From: a virus | Strand: one strand, 5' to 3' | Virus record (IMG/VR): IMGVR_UViG_3300008110_010375 | DNA length: 64,000 bases | Shown here: piece by piece, positions 55,724-63,965 of the stretch | Layout of the letters: the number at the start of each line of letters is the position of its first letter | How positions within the stretch are numbered: the first letter of the stretch is position 1 | The notes under the pieces: generated by a model | The model's database searches: none | Seen by the model: only the letters and a program-made list of their open reading frames with translations | What the model was told of the DNA's origin: nothing | Translations under genes and position numbers: made by a program

Positions 55724-55752
55724 TTGACAAAACCGTGAGTCGGTATTATATA
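55724..55752 (+). promoter_or_regulatory. sigma70-like promoter of the hsp20 operon
   Basis: TTGACA-17-TATATA. Confidence 0.6.
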
Positions 55753-55757
55753 TAACA

Positions 55758-55815
55758 GGTGGCCGCCTAATGGGGTCACTAAACATCAACCTTGCTTCAA
55801 CAGGAGGTCTATATG
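55758..55815 (+). promoter_or_regulatory. ROSE-like RNA thermometer in the hsp20 leader
   Basis: ACCTTGCT pairs with AGGAGGT leaving a bulged G; upstream GTGGCC/GGTCAC hairpin. Confidence 0.65.
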
Positions 55816-56304
55816 ACTAGCTTCGACCCATTTTCGTTTCTCGATTCTAAGTTCTTCGTCGGCTATGAGCCGATGCTCAAGAGAGTCAACGAACTCTCGC
55901 AGACTGTATCGAAGGCGATCCCAAACTACCCACCGTACAACATCGTTAAGGTCGACGAGAACAAGTACGTAATCGAGATGGCAGTCGCCGGATTCGGCAA
56001 GCACAACCTCGATCTAGAATTCCAAGACGGCACGCTCGTGATCTCGGGCAACTCCGCGCTTGGCAAAGAAGACGAAGCAGCCGGTGAGTTCCTCTTCAAG
56101 GGAATCGCCGACCGCGCATTTACCCGCAAGTTCTCCCTCGCAGATACCGTGGAGATTAAGAACGCCGAGCTCATCAACGGCATGCTTAAGATCTGGCTTG
56201 AGAACATCATCCCAGACTCAAAGAAGTCGAAGAAGATCGACATTACTGATGCAGCGTCTGAGAACAAACCTTCCGACAAGCAGCTTTTAAAAGAAGACAA
56301 GTAA
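55813..56304 (+). CDS. small heat shock protein Hsp20/IbpA
   Basis: NYPPYNI, IEMAVAGF, GIA.RAFTRKF.L, NGML. Confidence 0.95.
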   Translation: MTSFDPFSFLDSKFFVGYEPMLKRVNELSQTVSKAIPNYPPYNIVKVDENKYVIEMAVAGFGKHNLDLEFQDGTLVISGNSALGKEDEAAGEFLFKGIADRAFTRKFSLADTVEIKNAELINGMLKIWLENIIPDSKKSKKIDITDAASENKPSDKQLLKEDK

Positions 56305-56462
56305 TGCAAACGATCATAGGAAACATAGCTCGCTGGCTTGATCGCCGCGCGAAGATAATAAAGACTGTTCGCGAGCTTGAATCGCTCAACGATCGCGAAC
56401 TCTCAGACATCGGCATTCACAGGTCGATGATCTACAGGATCGCGAGGGACACAAATGTTTGA
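56304..56462 (+). CDS. DUF1127 (YjiS-like) small protein (not in the ORF track)
   Basis: MQTIIGNIARWLDRRAKIIKTVRELESLNDRELSDIGIHRSMIYRIARDTNV; TAATG overlap with hsp20. Confidence 0.85.
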   Translation: MQTIIGNIARWLDRRAKIIKTVRELESLNDRELSDIGIHRSMIYRIARDTNV

Positions 56463-56517
56463 TGCCCTCAGACTTCTCGTAGCATCGATCACCGATCGCT
56501 TCATCAAGTTTAGCTGA
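56455..56517 (+). CDS. 20-aa micro-ORF
   Basis: MFDALRLLVASITDRFIKFS; GAGGG RBS, overlaps the DUF1127 stop. Confidence 0.35.
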   Translation: MFDALRLLVASITDRFIKFS

Positions 56518-56526
56518 GGTGATCAC

Positions 56527-56583
56527 ATGTGGCCGTATACAGCAGATGAGCTCGTTATAATCAACGAAGGCTCAAAGAAGTAA
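56527..56583 (+). CDS. 18-aa micro-ORF
   Basis: MWPYTADELVIINEGSKK; GAGGTGA RBS, ends at the terminator. Confidence 0.5.
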   Translation: MWPYTADELVIINEGSKK

Positions 56584-56584
56584 C

Positions 56585-56611
56585 AAAAAGGGGGAGCGAT
56601 CCCCCTTTTTT
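56585..56611. terminator. bidirectional intrinsic terminator
   Basis: AAAAAGGGGGA-GCGA-TCCCCCTTTTTT. Confidence 0.88.
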
Positions 56612-56613
56612 AG

Positions 56614-56642
56614 TTGACATTTAGACCGGTGTGTTTTATAGT
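56614..56642 (+). promoter_or_regulatory. sigma70-like promoter of gp43
   Basis: TTGACA-17-TATAGT. Confidence 0.8.
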
Positions 56643-56648
56643 ATGACT

Positions 56649-59198
56649 ATGTCAAAGTTCTACACCAACGCTTTCTTGTTCCACGACTCGATCTTCCTTC
56701 GCGGCTTCGAAGAGGGTCGACGCGTGATGAAGACGATCCCATGCAAGCCGTACGTATTCGTGAACTCGAAGCGTCCGAACGCCGAGTTCAAGACGCTCAA
56801 GGGTCAGCCGGTCGATAAGCTTCAGTTCGATCGACCCGCTGAAGCGCGCGACTTCCTTCGCCAGTATGAGAACGTCAGCGGCTTTGAAGTCTACGGTATG
56901 ACGCAGTGGCTCTATCCGTTCCTCAACGACTACTATCCCGGTGAGATCGACTACGATCCCAAGATGGTGTCGGTCGTAAACATCGACATCGAGGTCGCCG
57001 CCGACGACGGGTTCCCCGACGTTCACGTGGCCGACAAGCCGATCACCGCGATCACCGTAAAGAAGAACGACATCTACGTCGTGCTCGGCTGCGGCGACTT
57101 CGTCACCAACGACGATAAGATCAAGTACTTGAAGTGTGAGAACGAAGAGAGACTTCTCCTTAAGTTCCTCGACGTCTGGCGAAGCGAGTGGTTGTCGCCC
57201 GACGTCATCACAGGTTGGAACATCGATAAGTTCGACATCCCGTACATCGTCAACCGCATACGACGTGTGCTTGGACACGAGATGCACAAGAAGCTCTCGC
57301 CGTGGGGAATGGTCGAGGAGCGCGAGATCATCCGCGGCAAGTCGGCGGCTCGAGGCGGCAACGGGATCGACGATCGCAAAGACGTGGTGTATGAGATCTA
57401 CGGCATCACCTCGCTCGACTACCTTGAGACTTATAAGAAGTTCTCGTTTAAGAACCAAGAGTCCTACCGACTCGACTACATCGGCGAGGTTGAGCTCGGC
57501 GTCAAGAAGCTCGACTACTCCGAGCACGGCTCGCTGCTTGAGCTCTATAAGCAAGACTATCAGAAGTTCATCGAGTACAACATCCGCGACGTTGAGATCG
57601 TATCGAAGCTCGACGACAAGCTGAAGCTCATCGAGCAGGTGTTCGCCATCGCGTACGACGCGAAGGTCAACTTCTCCGACGCGTATGGGTCCGTTCGCAT
57701 CTGGGACGTCATCATCCACAACTACCTCATCAACCAGCGCGTCGTCATCCCGCAGAAGCGCCCGAGCCACAAGGACAAGCAGATCATCGGCGGATACGTC
57801 AAAGATCCCCTGCTCGGCATGCACGACTGGGTGGTGTCTTTCGACTTGAACTCGCTCTACCCACACCTGATCATGCAGTACAACATCTCTCCTGAGACCT
57901 ATGCAGGCAAGCTGCCGCTCAGCGAGGAGACTTCGGTGCAGCGGATACTCGATGGGTACCTCGACGAGCTTCACGTTCGCAACGAGATGACCGCGAGAAA
58001 CTTAACCGTGACCGGCTCAGGCGTGATGTTCGAGCGCGATAAGCAGGGCTTCCTTCCTAAGCTGATGGAGAAGATGTACGAAGACCGCGTCGTGTATAAG
58101 AAGCGAATGCTTGAAGCCGAGCAGCAGTACCAGAAGACTCCGACACCCGAGCTTGAGAAAGTCATAGCGCAGAACAAGAACATGCAGCTCGCGCGAAAGA
58201 TTCAGTTGAACTCAGCCTACGGCGCGCTGTCGAACAAGTACTTCCGCTGGTACGACGACACGCTCGCCGAGTCGATCACGCTCTCAGGTCAGCTGGCGAT
58301 CATGTGGATCGCCCGCGACATGAACAAGTACCTCAACAAGCTATTCACGACGAAGGACGCCGACTATGTCATTGCATGCGATACGGATTCTATGTACATT
58401 ACGCTTGGCAAACTTGTCTCTAAATGCGGCCTTGAGGGGTCGCCGACTTCTGAGATCGTCAAATTCCTTGACAACGCGATTGAAAGTAAGATTGAACCTT
58501 TCATTGAGTCAAGCTACGGGCGTCTTGGCGGAATGGTTAATGCCTACGCCCAGAAGATGAAGATGAAGCGCGAGGCGATCGCCGACAAGGGTATATGGAC
58601 CGCGAAGAAGCACTACATCCTCAACATCTGGAACAACGAGGGTGTGGCGTACGCGGAACCCAAGGTGAAAGTCGTCGGCATCGAAGCGGTGAGGTCCTCG
58701 ACGCCTCAAGCTTGTCGCGAGAAGATCAAGCAGTGTCTCAAGGTCATCATGGGTAAGACCGAAGACGACGTCATCAAGTTCATCGCGCAGTTCCGTGACG
58801 AGTTCGTCAAGATGTCGTACGAAGAAGTCGCGTTCCCTCGTGGATGCAAGGGCCTCAGTGAGTATGCGGATCGCGACAGTATCTATAAGAAGGGTACGCC
58901 GATCCAAGTTCGCGGCGCGCTGCTGTACAACCACCACGTCAAGCAGAAGAAGCTCAGCACGAAGTATGAGCTGATCAAGGAAGGCGACAAGATCAAGTTC
59001 TGCTACATGAAGCTTCCCAACCCGATACGCGAGAACGTCGTCGCATCGCTCGGCGCTCTTCCTCCCGAGCTTGGTCTCGAGACGTATATAGACTACGAGC
59101 TGCAGTACTCAAAAGCTTTCGTCGAGCCGCTGAAGACGATCCTAGACGCGATCGGCTGGCGCACCGAGAAGAAAGCGTCGATAGAAAGTTTCTTCTGA
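56649..59198 (+). CDS. 43: DNA polymerase gp43 (family B)
   Basis: DIEV exonuclease motif, SFDLNSLYP, KIQLNSAYG, DTDS. Confidence 0.98.
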   Translation: MSKFYTNAFLFHDSIFLRGFEEGRRVMKTIPCKPYVFVNSKRPNAEFKTLKGQPVDKLQFDRPAEARDFLRQYENVSGFEVYGMTQWLYPFLNDYYPGEIDYDPKMVSVVNIDIEVAADDGFPDVHVADKPITAITVKKNDIYVVLGCGDFVTNDDKIKYLKCENEERLLLKFLDVWRSEWLSPDVITGWNIDKFDIPYIVNRIRRVLGHEMHKKLSPWGMVEEREIIRGKSAARGGNGIDDRKDVVYEIYGITSLDYLETYKKFSFKNQESYRLDYIGEVELGVKKLDYSEHGSLLELYKQDYQKFIEYNIRDVEIVSKLDDKLKLIEQVFAIAYDAKVNFSDAYGSVRIWDVIIHNYLINQRVVIPQKRPSHKDKQIIGGYVKDPLLGMHDWVVSFDLNSLYPHLIMQYNISPETYAGKLPLSEETSVQRILDGYLDELHVRNEMTARNLTVTGSGVMFERDKQGFLPKLMEKMYEDRVVYKKRMLEAEQQYQKTPTPELEKVIAQNKNMQLARKIQLNSAYGALSNKYFRWYDDTLAESITLSGQLAIMWIARDMNKYLNKLFTTKDADYVIACDTDSMYITLGKLVSKCGLEGSPTSEIVKFLDNAIESKIEPFIESSYGRLGGMVNAYAQKMKMKREAIADKGIWTAKKHYILNIWNNEGVAYAEPKVKVVGIEAVRSSTPQACREKIKQCLKVIMGKTEDDVIKFIAQFRDEFVKMSYEEVAFPRGCKGLSEYADRDSIYKKGTPIQVRGALLYNHHVKQKKLSTKYELIKEGDKIKFCYMKLPNPIRENVVASLGALPPELGLETYIDYELQYSKAFVEPLKTILDAIGWRTEKKASIESFF

Positions 59199-59842
59199 TG
59201 AAGCTACACACATCGCAGGGCGACGTCATCATAGACATACCCGAAGAATACACGAAGATCGGCATCAAGATCTCTGGTGGAGCCGACAGCGCCCTTCTCG
59301 CCTACATGCTTGCACTGTACAAGAAGCACGAGAGAGACGTAGACCTGATACCTATCACGGTCATCAACGCGATCAAGCCGCACCAGCACATCTTCGCGCA
59401 GAGGGTGGTCAAGTTCGTCGAAGATAAACTGAGCGTGAAGTTCAATCACCATCAGATAAAGCCTGAGCCGGTAGATCCTCAGAGGTACGGTGAGGAGCAG
59501 TCTATCTTCGTTAGAAGCTTGAGGAAGCAGGAGATAATCGAGACGCACTTCACAGGTATAACTGAGAATCCAGACGTTGAGCTTAAGACCGACTACACCG
59601 GCGATTCAACAAGAAACAAAGATCTTGGGTCTAAACCCACGAGAGACCTGTATTCATTCCATCCGTTCGCCAACATAAATAAGAAAGCCATAGCCGAACT
59701 TTATGAAAGCTATGGACTTATGGACACTCTCTTCGCGATAACAAGAAGCTGTGAAAACAGCAAGATTCACTTCACCGAACCACACTGCGGAAAGTGCTGG
59801 TGGTGCCTCGAGAGGCAGTGGGGATTCGGTAGGCTCGAATAG
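59198..59842 (+). CDS. PP-loop ATP pyrophosphatase, QueC-like
   Basis: ISGGADS; TRSC...HCGKCWWCLER. Confidence 0.7.
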   Translation: MKLHTSQGDVIIDIPEEYTKIGIKISGGADSALLAYMLALYKKHERDVDLIPITVINAIKPHQHIFAQRVVKFVEDKLSVKFNHHQIKPEPVDPQRYGEEQSIFVRSLRKQEIIETHFTGITENPDVELKTDYTGDSTRNKDLGSKPTRDLYSFHPFANINKKAIAELYESYGLMDTLFAITRSCENSKIHFTEPHCGKCWWCLERQWGFGRLE

Positions 59843-59850
59843 GTGCAGCA

Positions 59851-60075
59851 ATGGCAAAAGAAACAGACGACTACGACTTCGGCTTTGAGTTCGCCGACGA
59901 CATGACGGAAGCGGTCGACACCGCTCAGAGCAAAGCACAGCAGATCTACGACGCGATCATGCCGCTTCTCAACAACCTTAAGCTCAATCCCGAGAAGCCG
60001 AATATTGTTTGGCCCGACCGCGTAAAAAAGATTGACAATTTTATCAAAAAGTTGGATAATATACTTAAATCATGA
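59851..60075 (+). CDS. conserved T4-like hypothetical protein
   Basis: DFGF, PLLNNL..NPEK..I.WP.R. Confidence 0.7.
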   Translation: MAKETDDYDFGFEFADDMTEAVDTAQSKAQQIYDAIMPLLNNLKLNPEKPNIVWPDRVKKIDNFIKKLDNILKS

Positions 60076-60084
60076 ACATGGAGC

Positions 60085-61155
60085 GTGAACTTGTCTCTCA
60101 TCAATCGACTCATTAAGAACTCAACCATCGACCAATCATCCGTCCTCACGGAAAGTAAGATCTACAACCGTAAGGATATGATCACAACTAGCGTTCCTAT
60201 GGTGAACGTAGCGCTCTCGGGACGCATCGACGGTGGATTGACACCGGGACTCACCATCATGGCGGGTCCATCGAAGCACTTCAAGTCGGCCTTTTCCCTC
60301 CTTATGGCCGGCGCCTACATGAAGCAGTATCCCGAGAGCGTTCTTTTATTCTATGACTCCGAATTTGGTACACCCAAGAGCTACTTCGATGCGTTCAACA
60401 TCGACATGGATCGAGTGGTTCACACACCGATCACGGACATCGAGAAGCTGAAGTTCGACATCGTCAAGCAGCTCGAGGAGATCGGTCGCGACGACAAGGT
60501 GGTCATCGTCATCGACTCGGTCGGCAACCTCGCGTCGAAGAAAGAAACCGACGACGCGCTCGAGGGTAAGTCGGTCGCGGATATGTCGCGCGCGAAAGCT
60601 CTCAAGTCTTTGTTCCGCATGGTGACGCCGCACTTGACGCTCAAAGATATTCCCTTGATCGTGGTCAATCACACGTACAAGGAGATGGCGATGTACCCGC
60701 GCGACATCGTCTCCGGCGGCACCGGCATCTACTACTCAGCCGACACGATCTGGATCCTTGGTCGTCAGCAGGAGAAAGACGGCAAGGACATCACCGGCTA
60801 CAACTTCGTCATCAACGTTGAGAAGTCTCGCTACGTCAAGGAGAAGTCAAAGATCCCGATCACAGTGTCCTACGAGGGCGGCATCAAGAAGTGGTCGGGC
60901 TTGCTCGACTTGGCGCTTGAGGGTGGATACATCGCGAAGCCTACCGCACAGTCCTATCAGTTCGTCGATCGCTCGACTGGTGAGCTCACCGGTCCGAAGT
61001 TCAAAGCCTCAGAGATCGAGGACAACGGCGACGCTTGGAAGACCCTGCTCTCGACGACGGACTTCGCCGAATGGATCAAGAAGAAGTACACAATCGCAAC
61101 CGGCTCACTCGTCAATCACGACGACGAACCACTGATCGAGGACGACGATGACTGA
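60085..61155 (+). CDS. uvsX: RecA-like recombinase UvsX
   Basis: AGPSKHFKS, YDSEFG, DSVGNLAS.KE, VSGGTG..YSAD. Confidence 0.96.
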   Translation: MNLSLINRLIKNSTIDQSSVLTESKIYNRKDMITTSVPMVNVALSGRIDGGLTPGLTIMAGPSKHFKSAFSLLMAGAYMKQYPESVLLFYDSEFGTPKSYFDAFNIDMDRVVHTPITDIEKLKFDIVKQLEEIGRDDKVVIVIDSVGNLASKKETDDALEGKSVADMSRAKALKSLFRMVTPHLTLKDIPLIVVNHTYKEMAMYPRDIVSGGTGIYYSADTIWILGRQQEKDGKDITGYNFVINVEKSRYVKEKSKIPITVSYEGGIKKWSGLLDLALEGGYIAKPTAQSYQFVDRSTGELTGPKFKASEIEDNGDAWKTLLSTTDFAEWIKKKYTIATGSLVNHDDEPLIEDDDD

Positions 61156-61348
61156 AGCTAACTACCCGCATGTTGAGAGGCGCATCGAGCGCTTAATGCT
61201 TCCGGTAGAAACTCAGATAATGATGTGCGACGACCAGAACGACTTGCTTCTTCTGGCCGTCGGTATGCTCCGCAAAGCCATCTTAATCTTTGACAACCAG
61301 TACAACGTCGACGGTAGGAAAGCAGTCATAGAAAGCTTCAACAAATGA
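61148..61348 (+). CDS. hypothetical protein
   Basis: ORF coupled to uvsX. Confidence 0.55.
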   Translation: MTEANYPHVERRIERLMLPVETQIMMCDDQNDLLLLAVGMLRKAILIFDNQYNVDGRKAVIESFNK

Positions 61349-61737
61349 ACAGTAAAGAGTTGTTTTCACTTGAAGACCTGCTGCCTGAAGTTTCCAATGA
61401 GCACAAGCTCGCCGTAACTCAGTGGGTCTTCAAACATGTTGTCGAACAAGCGAGAGAGGGCGGGTCTTATCGCTACTTGATCTATGATCGCCTTGGATTC
61501 GGGCCTGAAGCTTACGTCCCCCTGTGCAACGATGGGTTGACAATATCCAACGAGTTTGATATATCTCAGATGGATGAGATCAAAAAGATCGTTCGCGAGC
61601 ATGAGTACTCAGCACTCAAGCATATCCTCGGGATGTGTGACGAGCACGACTGCTACAAGGACGCGAGCTGCGGATGGCCGACCGATGAAGGCTACCGCCG
61701 CACATGCCACGCACACATGAAAGTTGATAATGATTGA
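61345..61737 (+). CDS. hypothetical protein with C-terminal Cys/His cluster
   Basis: GGSYRYLIYDRLGF; C....C....C..........C..H. Confidence 0.6.
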   Translation: MNSKELFSLEDLLPEVSNEHKLAVTQWVFKHVVEQAREGGSYRYLIYDRLGFGPEAYVPLCNDGLTISNEFDISQMDEIKKIVREHEYSALKHILGMCDEHDCYKDASCGWPTDEGYRRTCHAHMKVDND

Positions 61738-63109
61738 GCAGACTATACTCTCTCACCTGATATACAATGAGTCGTACGCGAGGAAGACGCTTCCCTTTCT
61801 CAAGGACGAGTACTTCCACAACTTGGCCGATAAGACCGTCTATCGCCTGATCGACGACTATGTCAAGAAGTACAACAGCACACCTACTAAAGAGGTGCTG
61901 ATGATCGAGCTCAACAACCGCGACGGTATGACTGAGAACTCGTTCAAGGAGTCGAAGCGACTCATCGAGGACCTGCAGGTCGACAACACCGAGCTCAAGT
62001 GGCTGCTCGACTCGACCGAGAAGTTCTGTCAAGAGAAGGCTATCTACAATGCTATCATGGCTTCGATCAAGATCATCGACGACAAGTCTGGAGCGAGCTC
62101 TACTGGAGCTATACCCACTCTCCTATCAGATGCCCTTGGCGTCAGCTTTGACGTTAGCATTGGCCACGACTACTTTCTTAACGCTGACGATCGATACGAT
62201 TTCTATCATCGCAGGGAAGAGCATATACCATTCGACCTCGAGTACTTCAATAAGATCACTAAGGGCGGACTTGTTAGAAAGACTCTTAACATTGCCTTGG
62301 CCGGCACGGGCGTGGGCAAGTCTCTTTTCATGTGCCATTGTGCTTCTCATAATCTGACGCAGGGTAAGAACGTACTCTACATCACGATGGAGATGGCCGA
62401 GGAGAAGATCGCCGAGCGCATCGACGCGAACCTGCTCAACGTCACGGTCGACGAGCTCGCGACTCTACCTAAAGACGCCTACGACAAGAAGATCGCACGG
62501 GTGAAGGAGAAGACAGTCGGTAAGTTGATCATCAAGGAGTATCCCACCGCTTCAGCGGGCTCGGCGAACTTCAGACACCTTCTCAACGAGCTTCGCATCA
62601 AGCGAAACTTCGTGCCCGACATCATCTACATCGACTACCTTAACATCTGCTCGTCGAGTCGCATCAAGGCCGGCGCCAACGTAAACTCGTACACATACAT
62701 CAAGGCGATCGCCGAGGAGCTTCGCGGCCTCGCCGTTGAGTTCAACGTTCCAGTGGTCTCCGCCACTCAAACCACTCGAGGCGGCTACGGGAATTCCGAC
62801 GTCGAGCTGACCGATACCTCTGAGTCTTTCGGTCTGCCGGCAACCGCCGACTTGATGTTCGCCCTGATCTCCACCGAGGAGATGGAAGACTTATCGCAGC
62901 TGATGGTCAAGCAGCTCAAGAATCGCTACAACGATCCGACGATTCACCGACGCTTCGTGGTTGGGATCGACCGAGCCAAGATGCGTCTCTACAACACCGA
63001 AGACTCAGCTCAGGACGGGATCATGGACGACACACCGGTATTCAACAAGACCACGTTCGGTGCCGCCGACGAGGATCGCAAGCGCAGGCTCAAGGAGTTC
63101 ATCACATGA
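61730..63109 (+). CDS. 41: replicative helicase gp41
   Basis: AGTGVGKS, IKEYPT, IDYLNI, AEELRGLA, ESFGLPATAD, QLKNRY. Confidence 0.97.
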   Translation: MIEQTILSHLIYNESYARKTLPFLKDEYFHNLADKTVYRLIDDYVKKYNSTPTKEVLMIELNNRDGMTENSFKESKRLIEDLQVDNTELKWLLDSTEKFCQEKAIYNAIMASIKIIDDKSGASSTGAIPTLLSDALGVSFDVSIGHDYFLNADDRYDFYHRREEHIPFDLEYFNKITKGGLVRKTLNIALAGTGVGKSLFMCHCASHNLTQGKNVLYITMEMAEEKIAERIDANLLNVTVDELATLPKDAYDKKIARVKEKTVGKLIIKEYPTASAGSANFRHLLNELRIKRNFVPDIIYIDYLNICSSSRIKAGANVNSYTYIKAIAEELRGLAVEFNVPVVSATQTTRGGYGNSDVELTDTSESFGLPATADLMFALISTEEMEDLSQLMVKQLKNRYNDPTIHRRFVVGIDRAKMRLYNTEDSAQDGIMDDTPVFNKTTFGAADEDRKRRLKEFIT

Positions 63110-63351
63110 TCGTCGACAACGATAACGACGACTACGCAGAAGTGGTAGCCGACTACATCATGACCTACTTGGTCCAGCAGCAGGCCGCCGGAAGAACCGT
63201 AGTGTACGAGTCTGAGATCTTCAAGCTTCTCGGATCAGAGATTCCCGAGGGCAAAGAGGATCGAGCTTTCGTGTTGAAAGAATACACTCAAGTCAAAGTC
63301 TCAGACAACGTCGTGTCGATGCAGGAATATAAATCTAGAATAAAAAATTAG
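63106..63351 (+). CDS. hypothetical protein
   Basis: ATGA overlap with gp41. Confidence 0.55.
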   Translation: MIVDNDNDDYAEVVADYIMTYLVQQQAAGRTVVYESEIFKLLGSEIPEGKEDRAFVLKEYTQVKVSDNVVSMQEYKSRIKN

Positions 63352-63380
63352 TTGACATTTACTTCTACGTGATATATAAA
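63352..63380 (+). promoter_or_regulatory. sigma70-like promoter
   Basis: TTGACA-17-TATAAA; no ORF directly downstream. Confidence 0.65.
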
Positions 63381-63385
63381 AGATA

Positions 63386-63499
63386 AAGCAGACCCACACG
63401 GGCCTCATGCTCGTTATACTCTGCTTCCGCTGTAGACGAAACGTGGGATGGGCTGTCTATACGGGGTTTGGTGGTTTTCCTGACACAAGAAAAACCACC
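63386..63499 (+). ncRNA. candidate structured ncRNA, three hairpins, family not recognised
   Basis: stems AAGCAGA/TCTGCTT, CCG-c-TGTAGAC/GTCTATACGG and GGTGGTTTT/AAAACCACC; begins at the predicted +1. Confidence 0.55.
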
Positions 63500-63519
63500 G
63501 CTTCTCAGAAAAAAAGTTG

Positions 63520-63548
63520 TTGACAATTTTTTTCTACTGAGTTATTAT
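63520..63548 (+). promoter_or_regulatory. sigma70-like promoter
   Basis: TTGACA-17-TATTAT. Confidence 0.7.
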
Positions 63549-63576
63549 TTGAAAGTGGGACTCAGTCCTTTTTAAC

Positions 63577-63840
63577 ATGGAGTATATTATGACTAGCACT
63601 GAACGAGTACTTGACGCATTGTACAACGGTGAGGAGCTCACCGCCAAGCAGATTAAGTCGCGCTACGGCGTGGCCAATCCGACGGCCATGATCACGCACC
63701 TCCGCAAGGAAGGTCACGCGATCTACTTGAACAATCGCAAGACCGCTCTCGGCACGACCGCGAAGTATCGCGTCGGTACACCCAGCCGCCGCGTGGTTGC
63801 AGCCGGCTACGCCGTTCTCGGCGCTGAAGCGTTTGCTTGA
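63577..63840 (+). CDS. winged-helix DNA-binding protein
   Basis: VLDAL..GEELT..QI..RYGV.NP.A.I..LR.EG..I; start may be 63589. Confidence 0.7.
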   Translation: MEYIMTSTERVLDALYNGEELTAKQIKSRYGVANPTAMITHLRKEGHAIYLNNRKTALGTTAKYRVGTPSRRVVAAGYAVLGAEAFA

Positions 63841-63861
63841 TATATAGTTAGCCTAAACATT

Positions 63862-63884
63862 GAGGGGGCTTCGGCCCCCTCTTT
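63862..63884 (+). terminator. intrinsic terminator
   Basis: GAGGGGGC-TTCG-GCCCCCTC-TTT. Confidence 0.85.
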
Positions 63885-63889
63885 AGTAT

Positions 63890-63964
63890 TTCGGAGTAGC
63901 ACAGCGGTAGTGCATTCGACTGTTAATCGAAGGGTCGCTGGTTCGAATCCAGCCTCCGGAGCCA
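63890..63964 (+). tRNA. tRNA-Asn (GTT)
   Basis: TTCGGAG/CTCCGGA stem, TTCGA-CTGTTAA-TCGAA, GGTTCGAATCC, CCA. Confidence 0.93.
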
Positions 63965-63965
63965 T

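Noticed and set aside
56652-57974. Long reverse-strand ORFs opposite core genes (also 33347..34174, 23349..24011, 39454..40095, 42100..42726)
   Set aside because: Explained as shadows of biased codon usage on the coding strand; no motifs or RBS.
47066-59842. 7-deazaguanine (preQ0/archaeosine) DNA modification pathway from QueC-like, radical SAM and amidinotransferase genes
   Set aside because: No DpdA, QueD or FolE is visible, the radical SAM proteins are not QueE-like, and pentein amidinotransferases are not ArcS.
16160-63109. Introns, inteins or homing endonucleases in terminase, polymerase, UvsX or helicase
   Set aside because: These ORFs are continuous and of normal length; no splicing, LAGLIDADG, GIY-YIG or HNH motifs noticed.
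63430-63445. Hammerhead ribozyme suggested by CGAAAC
   Set aside because: The CUGAnGA core is missing in the required arrangement.
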